DNA of 64,000 nucleotides, taken from assembly GCA_964448855.1 (NCBI GenBank), contig CAYUXI010000003.1, positions 32,976 through 96,975 of the forward strand, given 5' to 3'. The notes beneath the pieces were generated by a model. The model made no database searches, was not told where the DNA came from, and saw nothing but the letters and a program-made list of their open reading frames with translations. The DNA is from an uncultured Oscillospiraceae bacterium. Its GTDB lineage: Bacteria > Bacillota > Clostridia > Oscillospirales > QAMX01. Of the stretch, positions 14,073 through 23,987 are shown in pieces (the stretch's first letter is position 1; every line of letters begins with the position of its first letter). The position numbers and the translations under genes were made by a program.

Positions 14073-15482
14073 TCAACGGGGATACCGGACATTCTCACAT
14101 TGCTCGATGGAGATGCGGTTCCAAACGGTGGACAGCTGCCCCTCCGGCAGCTCCGGTACACAAATTCTGCAGCCTTCCAACTGAACCTGCTGCAGGCTCC
14201 AGCGGTTCGCATACGATTCTGCAAACTGCCGCACCAGCAAATCACTGCTCTGCGAGAGCGTCTGAAGACCGCTCTCACCCATGCTGAGGAGGAGACCGCT
14301 CCAATCGCCTTGCACCCGCTCCTGCAGGACATACGGAGATGTCAGGTCGCAATTCCGGACGGTGAGCCGTTCGCAGGAAAGAACACCCCAGAAGATCAGA
14401 TTACTGAACACCGCAGAAACACTTAGCCCATAGCCAAAGCAGTTTTCCATCACAACATCCGAAATCGAAACGCTGCCATCGGCCGCATCCAGGTCGCCGC
14501 ACAACAGCCCGGCAGACTGATAGGGCAGGGTATCCAAATCCGTCCCCACAGCCAGACAAACAGCGGCATTCCGAATCTCTACGTTGGAAATGGCCAACTG
14601 GCTTCCGGGCTGCAGCGCATAGATGCCATCGGAAATCAACAGCCCGCTGCCACACCGCAGGGAACCGACAAATTGCGGCGCCTCATCGCGCAGCAAATTG
14701 CCGCCCAGCCCGTCACAATAGGCCAGCACCGCATCGCGGTCAGCGTCCGCCAGACCGCCGTCAATCACGATATTGCAGAGGCTGTACGAACGGAAAGCGT
14801 CCGGCTCCCCGGTCGGCAACGCAGCACCCAAACGCTGTTCGGAACGGCGGGCAATGATGTTTTCAATGGTAATGTCTCCGTCCGGCAGCCGAAGCGCGAC
14901 GGGGGACAGGCAATCCTCAAAAACGAGGTTGGCGCAGCGGTAGCTGTCGGCGGCAAGCAGCCGGGACGCCTCATCCACGACCGTTTCCGCACTTGCACCC
15001 GCCGCGATGTGATAAAACCCGGGCGCATGATCGGACGAGGCGGTCATCGCCATCAGATTTACGCCGCCCGCATATGCAAGCGGAACGAAAACGCCGTCCG
15101 AAAAATCGAGCGGTGATGCAATGACAACCGTCACCTCTTCTGCAAACGCAGCGCGATCCGCGTTGTATGCTTCGGCAAAGCTGTTCCACTCCGCAGCGGA
15201 GTGGATTTCAGCGTATGCCTTTCGCTGAATCTCCACAGACGGTGCAGAAGAAGCCGGAGCAGAAGTCGCGGCTTCACTTGTGGACGTCGAAACGACGGAA
15301 GCAGACGTGGTCGGTGTGGGTGTCGAGGCGGACGGCACACCACCCCGCTGCTGGGAACACGCGGCAAGCGACAACGCCAGACACCCACACAAAGCAGCAC
15401 AGACCATTTTGGTCACCCTACGGGGTGCTCTTTTGGATGACGAAGGGGGGAACAATCCTGTGTTCGCGGCGAGCAAAGCCAT
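14073..15482 (-). CDS. hypothetical lipoprotein with Ser/Thr-rich linker
   Basis: Signal peptide and lipobox (CGCLALSLAAC-SQQ), with an alternative start at 15407 (MVCAAL). The low-complexity STPTPTTSASVVSTSTSEATSAPASS linker is followed by a repetitive domain of unknown function. Confidence 0.6.
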   Translation of the reverse strand: MALLAANTGLFPPSSSKRAPRRVTKMVCAALCGCLALSLAACSQQRGGVPSASTPTPTTSASVVSTSTSEAATSAPASSAPSVEIQRKAYAEIHSAAEWNSFAEAYNADRAAFAEEVTVVIASPLDFSDGVFVPLAYAGGVNLMAMTASSDHAPGFYHIAAGASAETVVDEASRLLAADSYRCANLVFEDCLSPVALRLPDGDITIENIIARRSEQRLGAALPTGEPDAFRSYSLCNIVIDGGLADADRDAVLAYCDGLGGNLLRDEAPQFVGSLRCGSGLLISDGIYALQPGSQLAISNVEIRNAAVCLAVGTDLDTLPYQSAGLLCGDLDAADGSVSISDVVMENCFGYGLSVSAVFSNLIFWGVLSCERLTVRNCDLTSPYVLQERVQGDWSGLLLSMGESGLQTLSQSSDLLVRQFAESYANRWSLQQVQLEGCRICVPELPEGQLSTVWNRISIEQCENVRYPR

Positions 15483-15782
15483 TCATGAAAACGCCTCCTT
15501 AAAATATTGCAGACTGACTGTTTTTTTTGTGTGAGCTTCTTTTCGAAATTGAGTTTCTATATAAAATATATCAGATATCTGATCGAAAAGCAATGGGCAG
15601 AATCCACAAGAATTACAAAACGGTTATTTGAATAACCGTCACATGGATGATGCGCATGATCGTCCACATTCACTTTCACTCCTCCTCAACACACCGACCA
15701 CCCGGTCAAACGGCAGCCGGTCTGCATACACTGTACCAGGCGGCGGACGCCGAAATTCGCCGCTGTGAAAAGAGGGATTCAA

Positions 15783-16052
15783 ATGGGAACAAACGGAGCC
15801 GCCGGATGCTATGTCCTGACACGGTCTGTGACGTATGCACAGGCGCTTCTCCGCATTCTGCGATCACGCGGAATGCAGGCGCGGATGGTTCGAAGTCCCG
15901 GAAGCATCACGGAAAACGGCTGCGCACACGCGGTTCTTGTCAGGCAGGCAACACCGAACGCCATTCTGCGGGCGATGTCAGAGGCCGGTATGCCGCGATT
16001 CCGGTTGTACACGACAGAAAACGGAACAGACTTCCGTGAATTTTTCGGCTAA
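15783..16052 (+). CDS. DUF3343-like small protein (putative S/Se carrier-type)
   Basis: AAGAGGGA ribosome-binding site plus ATG 15783. MGTNGAAGCYVLTRSVTYAQALLRILRSRGMQARMVRSPGSITENGCAHAVLV resembles DUF3343 proteins, which usually sit next to cysteine desulfurase-like genes. Confidence 0.6.
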   Translation: MGTNGAAGCYVLTRSVTYAQALLRILRSRGMQARMVRSPGSITENGCAHAVLVRQATPNAILRAMSEAGMPRFRLYTTENGTDFREFFG

Positions 16053-16078
16053 AACAAAAAAAGGCAGGCGAAAACGGG

Positions 16079-17209
16079 ATGATTTATCTGGATCATGCGG
16101 CGACCTCCTTTCAAAGACCGCCTGCGGTTGCCCGTGCCGTCAAAGCCTCCCTGCACCACCACGCAGGCTATGGACGCAGCGGCCACGAAGCCGCTGTACG
16201 GGCAGCCGAAGCGGTCTATGACTGTCGCGTCGCTGCCGCAGAGCTGTTCGGCCTCTCTGCGCCGGAACGCGTGATTTTCTGCTGCAACGCCACACACGCG
16301 CTGAATACGGCGATTCTCGGTATGCCGATGCAGGCCAAACGCGCAGTGATCTCCGGATATGAGCACAATGCCGTCTATCGCCCGCTGGTGGAGCGTGCTG
16401 CGCGGGACGGAACGGAAACCGTCATTGCAGCCAGCTCGCTCTTTGATACAGACGGCGCGATTTGCGCGTTTGACAAGCTGCTGGACGAACGCTGCGGCCT
16501 CTGCGTCTGCACCATGCTCTCCAATGTGTTTGGCAACCGCCTCCCGGTGGAGTTCATCGGCAAAATGTGCCGGGAACGGCAGATTCCGTTCATTGTTGAT
16601 GCTTCACAGGCCGCCGGAACACTGGCTGTCGATGCCCGGCGGCTCTCAGCCGATGTCATCTGTATGCCGGGGCATAAGGGGCTGCTCGGCCCGGCCGGAA
16701 CGGGCCTGATGCTCCTTTGCGCCGATCGATTGCCCGATCCGCTTCTGTTCGGCGGCACCGGCGGGGATTCGGCCAGCCCGCATCAACCGCCAACGCCACC
16801 CGAACGCTTTGAGAGTGGCACGCTGAATGTTCCGGGGATCTGCGGTCTGCGTGAAGGCATTCGATATATCGCAGAGCACCGGGAAGCGATTCACGCCAGA
16901 GAAATCGCCCTGAATGCGTGGCTGCAGCAGCGGATGGCGGCCATGCCGGGCGTTCGAGTGTATGGCGGAACGGAGACAGCGTGCAGCGGGCTTTTTTCCT
17001 GGAATGCGGACGGATGGGACTGCGAACGCATGGCGGCGGCGCTGGCGGAAAACGGGATTGCCGTGCGCGCCGGTCTTCACTGCGCACCGCTTGCACATCG
17101 GAGCGCCGGGACAGAGGGAACTGTGCGGGTCAGCTTTGGCTGGAACAGCACTCAAAGAGAGACAGAACGCTTTGCGGAAACGCTGGAAACGATTCTTTTT
17201 CAAAAATAG
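16079..17209 (+). CDS. class V aminotransferase / cysteine desulfurase family protein
   Basis: MIYLDHAATSFQRP start, PLP-Lys context ICMPGHKGLLGPAGTG, and 376 aa. Confidence 0.8.
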   Translation: MIYLDHAATSFQRPPAVARAVKASLHHHAGYGRSGHEAAVRAAEAVYDCRVAAAELFGLSAPERVIFCCNATHALNTAILGMPMQAKRAVISGYEHNAVYRPLVERAARDGTETVIAASSLFDTDGAICAFDKLLDERCGLCVCTMLSNVFGNRLPVEFIGKMCRERQIPFIVDASQAAGTLAVDARRLSADVICMPGHKGLLGPAGTGLMLLCADRLPDPLLFGGTGGDSASPHQPPTPPERFESGTLNVPGICGLREGIRYIAEHREAIHAREIALNAWLQQRMAAMPGVRVYGGTETACSGLFSWNADGWDCERMAAALAENGIAVRAGLHCAPLAHRSAGTEGTVRVSFGWNSTQRETERFAETLETILFQK

Positions 17210-17353
17210 AACTTTGATTTTGAAGCAGAATATGATATAATAGAAAAAGGAAAGAATGCCGCCGCATCGGGTGGCGGCATTCTTCCTGAAAGACCGATGA
17301 AACGGCATTGCGGCAGGGAACGCCGCAGAACAGAAAAGGCAGGAACAGACGGA

Positions 17354-18340
17354 ATGTTGAAACTCGCAGCCTCCAAGGGAATCTATCTTGATACAGCTCT
17401 GGCGGACAAACTCTGCCGCCTTCCCAATCCGGATGCAATCCGGCTGTACCTGTATGCATCGCTGCATGAGACGAATGATGAACAGACGGCTCGCGCCCTC
17501 GGCCTGTCGAAGGAAGCACTCGAACAGGCGGAACAGGCGCTGATTGCGGCGCAGCTGGCCGTCTCTGTATCCGAAACCGAGTCGATTCGCCGCAAACAGC
17601 AGATGCAGACCGCCCCGACCTATTCCACGGCGGAGGTCTCGGAGCTGGTCACGTCCGATATGGCGTTTGCTCAGGTTGTGCATGAGGCTGAAAAGGTCCT
17701 GCATCCCTGCCTGAGCGAAAGCGATTTGAAGGAACTGATGACGATCTACCGCTACTTCGGGATGCCCGCCGAATGCATCATTCTGCTCCTGCATTTTGCA
17801 GCGGCGCGGACGACTCGACAAACAGGTAGACGCCTCTCTCTGTCCACGGTGAAGCGGGAAGCGCTGCGCTGGATGGAAAACGATATCATGACGCCGGAAG
17901 CGGCCGAACGGTTTGTCCGTCGGGAAACGCAGATCATGGATACCGTCGAACGAATGGAAAAGGTCATTGGCCTGCAGAATTATTCCACCGAGGAAAAGCG
18001 CCTCTTCCGAACCTGGGCGGAGATGGGCTTCGATGAACAGGTGGTTGCACTGGCCAGAGAAATTACGCTGCAGCGGATTGGTGAGCTCCAGCTGAAGTAT
18101 ACCGGAAGCATTCTGAAAAGCTGGAAGGATGCCCATCTGAACGGCCTGGATGCCATCCACGCATATGAATCGCAGCGCGAAAAGGAATATGAACAGGCGC
18201 GCATGGCCGCCGAAAAGCGCCGGGCGCGGAAGCAGTCGACATCTGCACCGTCTGCCTCCGGCAGCTTCTCATCGGCTGAACGGACGGCGCTGCAGGAAAT
18301 CCAGGCGTATATTCAACAAAATGGGGGACAAGGCGTATGA
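17354..18340 (+). CDS. DnaD-domain replication/primosome protein
   Basis: Two DnaD/DnaB_2-like repeats (ECIILLLHFAAARTTRQTGRRLSLSTVKREALRWMENDIMTPEAAERF; VVALAREITLQRIGELQLKYTGSILKSWKDAHLNGLD). Its stop overlaps the start of the following loader-ATPase gene. Confidence 0.7.
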   Translation: MLKLAASKGIYLDTALADKLCRLPNPDAIRLYLYASLHETNDEQTARALGLSKEALEQAEQALIAAQLAVSVSETESIRRKQQMQTAPTYSTAEVSELVTSDMAFAQVVHEAEKVLHPCLSESDLKELMTIYRYFGMPAECIILLLHFAAARTTRQTGRRLSLSTVKREALRWMENDIMTPEAAERFVRRETQIMDTVERMEKVIGLQNYSTEEKRLFRTWAEMGFDEQVVALAREITLQRIGELQLKYTGSILKSWKDAHLNGLDAIHAYESQREKEYEQARMAAEKRRARKQSTSAPSASGSFSSAERTALQEIQAYIQQNGGQGV

Positions 18341-19335
18341 GTTATGATGTCACAGCGCTGAAAAAAGCGCTGGAACGGTATGCCACACAGCGAACGGAGC
18401 GGGAGCTTGCTCATGCGCGAACCGTTCGTGAACTGAATGAACGCATTCCGCGCCTCGCTGAAATTGAAAAGGCGCTTTCGTCCTGCGGTCTGTCAATCGT
18501 GGAAAATGTCGTAAAGGGCGGCGATTCCGTCGAGGAAAACGTCGCTGCGATCAAAAGACAGTCCAGAGCTCTGCGCGCTGAACGCGCCGAGCTGCTCAAG
18601 GCGCAGCATCTGCCGGAAGACCTGATCGACGGCCATACGTCCTGCGCCGCCTGCGGGGATACCGGCTACATCGGCTCCGAAATGTGCGAATGCTTGCGCC
18701 GCGTGTACCGCGAAGAACAGTATGACGCGCTGTCCGAGCTGTTTTCACAGTCCGAAGGCCGCGTGGAAGCCTTTGATGTCTCGCAGTATTCCCCGGTGAA
18801 AACCGGCGAAAGCCCGGTTTCGCCGCAGGAGTGTATGCATCTCCTCGCCGAAAAGTGCAGAAAATACGCAGCCGATTTTTCCAACACCTCGCCCAACCTG
18901 CTCTTTCACGGGGAAAGCGGCTCCGGTAAGACCTTTTTTATGGCCTGCATCGCAAGAACGGCGGTTGAAAAGAACGCCTTCGTCGTCTATCAGAGCGCAT
19001 TCACGCTGGCCAAACAGCTGGAGGATGACCGCTTTGGAAAAAGCGAAGACAGCAGCGCGGCACTGGAACAGTGCGCAAAGTGCGATCTGCTGATCATTGA
19101 TAACCTTGGAACGGAAACGACAACAGCCTATACGGCGTCTGCACTGTATCAGCTGCTGAATCGCCGCGTGTCGGAAAAACGGCCAACCCTGATCGCAACG
19201 GCCATGAATATCGACGAAATCGCAGCGCGATATGGCACCCATATGTCTGCCCGCATCCGTTCGGACTATATCCTGATGCCGCTCTATCCGCGCAACCATA
19301 TCACCCGAAAAACGAGAAGTATGCTGGAAATCTGA
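18337..19335 (+). CDS. DnaC/DnaI-like helicase-loader AAA+ ATPase
   Basis: Walker A HGESGSGKTF, Walker B LLIIDNLG, and an upstream Cys cluster CAACGDTGYIGSEMCEC. Confidence 0.8.
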   Translation: MSYDVTALKKALERYATQRTERELAHARTVRELNERIPRLAEIEKALSSCGLSIVENVVKGGDSVEENVAAIKRQSRALRAERAELLKAQHLPEDLIDGHTSCAACGDTGYIGSEMCECLRRVYREEQYDALSELFSQSEGRVEAFDVSQYSPVKTGESPVSPQECMHLLAEKCRKYAADFSNTSPNLLFHGESGSGKTFFMACIARTAVEKNAFVVYQSAFTLAKQLEDDRFGKSEDSSAALEQCAKCDLLIIDNLGTETTTAYTASALYQLLNRRVSEKRPTLIATAMNIDEIAARYGTHMSARIRSDYILMPLYPRNHITRKTRSMLEI

Positions 19336-19380
19336 ACCGGATTCGATTCGCATGGTTCCCTCAAAAAACGGAGTGTCTCT

Positions 19381-19878
19381 ATGAAACAGACCGAAGAAAA
19401 AACCAATGTCATGCGGACGCTGGACAGGCTCCGGATTCCCTACGCCGTCCATCATCCGAACGATACAACAAACGCCCTGAGCGGCGTGGAAATTGCCCGA
19501 CAGCTGAATCAACCGCCGGAACGTGTTTTCAAAACGCTTGTGACCACCGGCCACAGCGGCAAGCACTATGTGTTTATCATCCCGGCCGCAGCGGAGCTGG
19601 ACCTGAAAAAAGCGGCACAGGCCGTGCGCGAAAAATCCATTGCCATGCTGCTGCAAAAGGAGCTGCTCCCGCTGACCGGCTATGTCCACGGCGGCTGCTC
19701 GCCGATCGGCATGAAAAAGGTCTTCCCAACCGTGCTGGATGCGTCTGCCGCATCACAGACAGCCATCTTCGTCAGCGCCGGAAAAATCGGCAGCCAGATT
19801 GAGCTGTCGCCGGAAGCACTTCATCAGGCGATTCCGTACCAGACAGCTGACCTGACGCGCACCGAGGCTCATCCATGA
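19381..19878 (+). CDS. ybaK: Cys-tRNA(Pro)/Cys-tRNA(Cys) deacylase YbaK
   Basis: 165 aa. KTNVMRTLDRLRIPY...FKTLV...TGYVHGGCSPIGMKK is typical of YbaK/EbsC. Confidence 0.8.
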   Translation: MKQTEEKTNVMRTLDRLRIPYAVHHPNDTTNALSGVEIARQLNQPPERVFKTLVTTGHSGKHYVFIIPAAAELDLKKAAQAVREKSIAMLLQKELLPLTGYVHGGCSPIGMKKVFPTVLDASAASQTAIFVSAGKIGSQIELSPEALHQAIPYQTADLTRTEAHP

Positions 19879-21029
19879 ACGAGAAACGACAGTGCATGGA
19901 GGCGGTCTTTTCGTTCTGGCGGAGTGAGGGAGAACCGCTTCTCGCGCAGCTGGCCCAAATCCTGCCGGATTGGTTCACAGCTCATGCGCGAGACCTGCCT
20001 TGGCGCGTTGACCGGGAACCGTACCATATCTGGCTCTCGGAAATGATGCTGCAGCAGACGCGGGTGGAAACGGTCAAACCGTATTACGAACGCTTCCTTC
20101 AGGCGTTTCCGACCGTCTCCGATCTGGCCACTGCTGAGGAAGACCGCGTTATGAAATTGTGGGAAGGCCTTGGCTACTATTCCCGTGCGCGCAATCTCCA
20201 CGCGGCTGCCAGACAGATTCAGGAACAGTACGGCGGCCGATTTCCCCAAAGCCTCACCGAACTGCTCGCGCTGCCGGGCATCGGCGCCTATACAGCCGGT
20301 GCAATCGCCTCCATCTGCTTCGGCGCACCGACACCGGCGGTGGATGGAAACGTGCTGCGGGTGGTTTCCAGACTGACGGAGCTCTACCTGCCGATCGATG
20401 AACCGCCCGTCAAAGCCGGAATCACGGAATCCCTCGCTCGCGTCTACCCGGCGGGGCGGTGCAGCGACTTCACACAGGGACTGATGGAACTCGGCGCCAC
20501 GGTGTGCGTCCCAAACGGAACCCCGAAATGCGACGAGTGCCCCGCACGTGATTTCTGCCGCGCCCACGCGGAACAGAGCATCGATTTGCTCCCGGTGCGC
20601 CGCCCAAAACGGACGCGAACCGTTGAAGAAAAAACGGTGCTGATTCTGCGCTCTGCATCGTCCATTGCCGTCTGTCGTCGGAACCGGAGCGGCCTTCTGA
20701 ACGGCCTCTGGGAGCTGCCCAACCTCGGTGGCTTCGCATCGAAGGACGATGTGCTGCGCCTGGCCGGGGAGTGGGGACTCTCTCCGCAGTCGATTGAAGA
20801 ACCGTATGAACGCACCCATATCTTCACCCACCGGGAATGGCATATGCGCTGCTATGAGCTGCTCTGCGAAAACCGACCGGATGAATTCGTCTGGGCGACC
20901 GAGGCCATGCTCCGGGACGAGCTCGCACTGCCGACCGCCTTCCGAATTTGTTTGCCGACAGACGCGGAAAACGCAAAAACGCCGACCGGTGATTTGAATT
21001 TGAACCACAATCAAACAGAAATGGAATGA
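19875..21029 (+). CDS. mutY: A/G-specific adenine DNA glycosylase
   Basis: Motifs seen: DLPWR...PYHIWLSEMMLQQTRV, an HhH-GPD region, a 4Fe-4S loop CVPNGTPKCDECPARDFC, and a Nudix-like C-terminus. Confidence 0.9.
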   Translation: MNEKRQCMEAVFSFWRSEGEPLLAQLAQILPDWFTAHARDLPWRVDREPYHIWLSEMMLQQTRVETVKPYYERFLQAFPTVSDLATAEEDRVMKLWEGLGYYSRARNLHAAARQIQEQYGGRFPQSLTELLALPGIGAYTAGAIASICFGAPTPAVDGNVLRVVSRLTELYLPIDEPPVKAGITESLARVYPAGRCSDFTQGLMELGATVCVPNGTPKCDECPARDFCRAHAEQSIDLLPVRRPKRTRTVEEKTVLILRSASSIAVCRRNRSGLLNGLWELPNLGGFASKDDVLRLAGEWGLSPQSIEEPYERTHIFTHREWHMRCYELLCENRPDEFVWATEAMLRDELALPTAFRICLPTDAENAKTPTGDLNLNHNQTEME

Positions 21030-22075
21030 ATTATATGAACCTGACACCAATGAAAACGACCCCCTGCTACAAACAGATGCCGTGGGGCGGCACCTCGCTG
21101 AACGAACAGTACGGCAAGCATTCCGAATTCCCGATCACCGGTGAAAGCTGGGAAGCAGCCGACCATTTTCATGGCAAAACGCCGATCGTCGGCGGCTGCT
21201 ATGACGGAAAGGATTTCTCGCAAATCATCGCGGAAATGGGCGCAGACACCTTCCTCGGTCATCTGACAACGGATGGCCGCTTCCCGCTGCTCTTCAAACT
21301 GATCGACGCACGCGACCGCCTGAGCGTCCAGGTACACCCGAACGATGCGTTTGCCGCCACTGATGGCGACCGCGGCAAAACTGAAATGTGGATTGTCCTG
21401 GAGGCGCAGCCGGGTGCTGGGCTGTATCTCGGCTTTGAACACGCCATCAGCCGCGAAACGTATCAGCAGCTCATTGAAACGAATGAACTGGAATCGGCGC
21501 TGCATTTCGTTCCGGCCAAAGCGGGCGATACGTTCTTCCTGCCGCCGGGACTGGTTCATGCCATTGGTGCCGGCCTGGTCATCGCCGAAATTCAGCAGTC
21601 CAGCGACGCGACCTATCGCGTCTATGACTGGGGTCGGCTGGGACTGGACGGCAAGCCGCGCCAGCTCCATATCGAAAAAGCGCTGGCCGTCACGGATACG
21701 GCGCTGCGCGGCGACTGCAATGCACCGCTGACGGTGCGGGAAGACGGCGCAGAGATTGATTATCTCAAGGCCTGCCCGCTGTTTGCAGCCCAGCGGATCC
21801 GCCTGTCGAACCGCTGCCGCATGGAAACGCGTGGCAGCAGCTTTACCATCCTGTTCTGCGCAGCGGGCCAAATGACGGTCTCCACGGCAGACGGCGCGGT
21901 GCAGCTGGAAAAAGGCCAGACAGCCGTGATTCCCGCTGCGGCCAATGCGTTTGAAATGCAGGGCGCGGCAGAGGTCTATCGGTTCTTCGTCCCGGATCCG
22001 GAGCGGGATTTCGTGGAGCCGCTCCGCATGGCCGGATTTACGGATGCTGAAATTCAGCCGCTGCTGCACGGCTGA
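21026..22075 (+). CDS. manA: class I mannose-6-phosphate isomerase
   Basis: Motifs seen: YKQMPWGG, LSVQVHPND, KTEMWIVLEA and FLPPGLVHAIGAG (cupin metal ligands). Confidence 0.85.
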   Translation: MNYMNLTPMKTTPCYKQMPWGGTSLNEQYGKHSEFPITGESWEAADHFHGKTPIVGGCYDGKDFSQIIAEMGADTFLGHLTTDGRFPLLFKLIDARDRLSVQVHPNDAFAATDGDRGKTEMWIVLEAQPGAGLYLGFEHAISRETYQQLIETNELESALHFVPAKAGDTFFLPPGLVHAIGAGLVIAEIQQSSDATYRVYDWGRLGLDGKPRQLHIEKALAVTDTALRGDCNAPLTVREDGAEIDYLKACPLFAAQRIRLSNRCRMETRGSSFTILFCAAGQMTVSTADGAVQLEKGQTAVIPAAANAFEMQGAAEVYRFFVPDPERDFVEPLRMAGFTDAEIQPLLHG

Positions 22076-22128
22076 ACCGTTGCCACAAGACACGGAGGAA
22101 CGCATTTGAAAAAAGGGGAGCGAGCCAA

Positions 22129-22956
22129 ATGAACCGGTGGGGTTGTAAAATTTTCGCCAACCATGCCCATGTGTTCGAAGCAGCTGTCCGCCCAAAGGGG
22201 ACGGTTGATTGCCTGAAAGCACTGATGGACGAGGTCGGCATCGATAAAGCCGTCGCGTTTGCACCGTTCTGCGGCGGGAAGAAACCGCAGATGGCCGACC
22301 CGGACGCCAACCAGAACTGTTGGCTGGCGAGCGAACTGCGCGACAGCCCGGATATCATTGGCTTCGGCACGATCAACTTCTCCAAGGGTGACCTGCGCGG
22401 ACAGACGGAGCAGATCGCCGAGCTCGGCCTGCGCGGCATCAAAATTCATCCACCGGCACAGGAAATCCGCGTCAACGGCGAAAAGGCGTATGAGGTCTAT
22501 GAAGCGGCACAGCGCTGCGGCCTGTTCCTCTCCTTTCATACGGGCGTCCACTGGGCGCGGCTCTCCAATTATGCCATGCTTCTGTTTGACGACCTGACGT
22601 ATGACTTCCCGGAGCTGAAGTTCTCGCTGGAACATATCGGCGGCCACTGCTTTTTCAAAGAGGCAATCGCCGTGATGGCCAACCGCCGCGGCAATGCACA
22701 GGATCCGCACGTCTTCGCCGGTTGGACGGATATTCACAATCCGGGCGGCCTCTGGAGCATCACCGAAGAAGAGCTGTATGACCTGCTGAATATCACAGGC
22801 CCCCGCGCACAAATCCACGGGCTGGACTTCCCGTACAGCGATGCGGATTTCTGCCGCGCCGGCATCGAACGCATCCTGGCTCTGAATATCCCGGAGACGA
22901 CAAAGGCGGCCATTCTTGGGCAAAACCTGGCAGACGCACTCGATGTCCGCCTGTAA
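22129..22956 (+). CDS. amidohydrolase-2 family metal-dependent hydrolase
   Basis: 275 aa. Motifs IFANHAHVF, GIKIHPPAQ and SFHTG, with a TIM-barrel amidohydrolase pattern. Confidence 0.65.
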   Translation: MNRWGCKIFANHAHVFEAAVRPKGTVDCLKALMDEVGIDKAVAFAPFCGGKKPQMADPDANQNCWLASELRDSPDIIGFGTINFSKGDLRGQTEQIAELGLRGIKIHPPAQEIRVNGEKAYEVYEAAQRCGLFLSFHTGVHWARLSNYAMLLFDDLTYDFPELKFSLEHIGGHCFFKEAIAVMANRRGNAQDPHVFAGWTDIHNPGGLWSITEEELYDLLNITGPRAQIHGLDFPYSDADFCRAGIERILALNIPETTKAAILGQNLADALDVRL

Positions 22957-22988
22957 CCTCACGATTCTCGAAAAAAGGAACAAATCAA

Positions 22989-23882
22989 ATGTGGCAAATC
23001 ATCATTGACATTCTCAAAGAAACTGCGCTCGATGGACTGAAAATGCTGCCATTTCTCTTTGGTGCCTATCTGCTGCTCGAATGGGTGGAGCATCGCTCCG
23101 GCGAAAAGCTGCGCCATGCACTCAGCCATTCGGGACGCTATTCCGTCCCGCTCGGTGCGGCGATTGGCCTGATTCCGCAGTGCGGATTTTCTGTCGCAGC
23201 GTCTAACCTCTACGCAGGCCGCCTGGTGACAACCGGGACACTTCTCGCCGTGTTCATCGCGACATCCGACGAAGCCATCCCTGTCATGCTTGCCAGCCCC
23301 GATGGAACCGCGAAAATTCTCCCATTGCTCGGCCTCAAACTCCTCTTCGCCATCCTCGGCGGATATCTGGCGGACAGCCTCTTTTTCCGCCGTCCCAACC
23401 GAAACGACTGCGCAACGGAACACTGCAAGCACGATGACGAACGCGATGAAGCGACACGGGAGCTGTGCGCCCATTGCGGCTGTCAGGGTGGGATTCTCAA
23501 ATCGGCTCTTCACCATACGGCAGAAACGTTTCTCTTCCTGATGATCGTCCTTCTGCTGATCAATACCGCTACAGAGCTGCTCGGCGAGGAACGCCTTTCC
23601 TCCTTCCTGCTGGCGGGAACCGTCTGGTCGCCGATCGTGACGGCGCTCGTTGGCCTGATTCCCAACTGCGCGCCTTCCGTTCTGATCACGGAGCTGTACA
23701 TCAACGGCACGCTGTCGCTTGGTGCCGCGGTGGCGGGGCTCTCGGCCGGTGCCGGTCTCGGCGTCGCCATGCTGTTCCGAATTAACCCGGATAAAAAGCA
23801 AAACCTCCGCATCCTGGCATACCTCTATCTCTTTGCCGTGGTTGTCGGCATGGTGACCGACTGCGTCACCCGCCTGCTGTAG
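22989..23882 (+). CDS. putative 10-TM heavy-metal/arsenic-efflux-type permease (ArsP_2-like)
   Basis: The MWQIIIDILKETALDGLKMLPFLFGAYLLLEWVEH start is typical of this family as I recall it. It has a central Cys/His-rich loop (CATEHCKHDDERDEATRELCAHCGC). Confidence 0.6.
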   Translation: MWQIIIDILKETALDGLKMLPFLFGAYLLLEWVEHRSGEKLRHALSHSGRYSVPLGAAIGLIPQCGFSVAASNLYAGRLVTTGTLLAVFIATSDEAIPVMLASPDGTAKILPLLGLKLLFAILGGYLADSLFFRRPNRNDCATEHCKHDDERDEATRELCAHCGCQGGILKSALHHTAETFLFLMIVLLLINTATELLGEERLSSFLLAGTVWSPIVTALVGLIPNCAPSVLITELYINGTLSLGAAVAGLSAGAGLGVAMLFRINPDKKQNLRILAYLYLFAVVVGMVTDCVTRLL

Positions 23883-23931
23883 ACCGCATTTGCCAGCTGC
23901 GCCAATCTCTTCCATATTTCAACCAAAAAAC

Positions 23932-23975
23932 AACAGACGTCAGGGAACCAATTTCCCTGACGTCTGTTTGATTTT
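23932..23975. terminator. bidirectional rho-independent terminator
   Basis: AACAGACGTCAGGGA/TCCCTGACGTCTGTT: a 15-bp stem flanked by A-rich and T-rich runs, between convergent genes. Confidence 0.8.
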
Positions 23976-23987
23976 GATCGGACAGCC

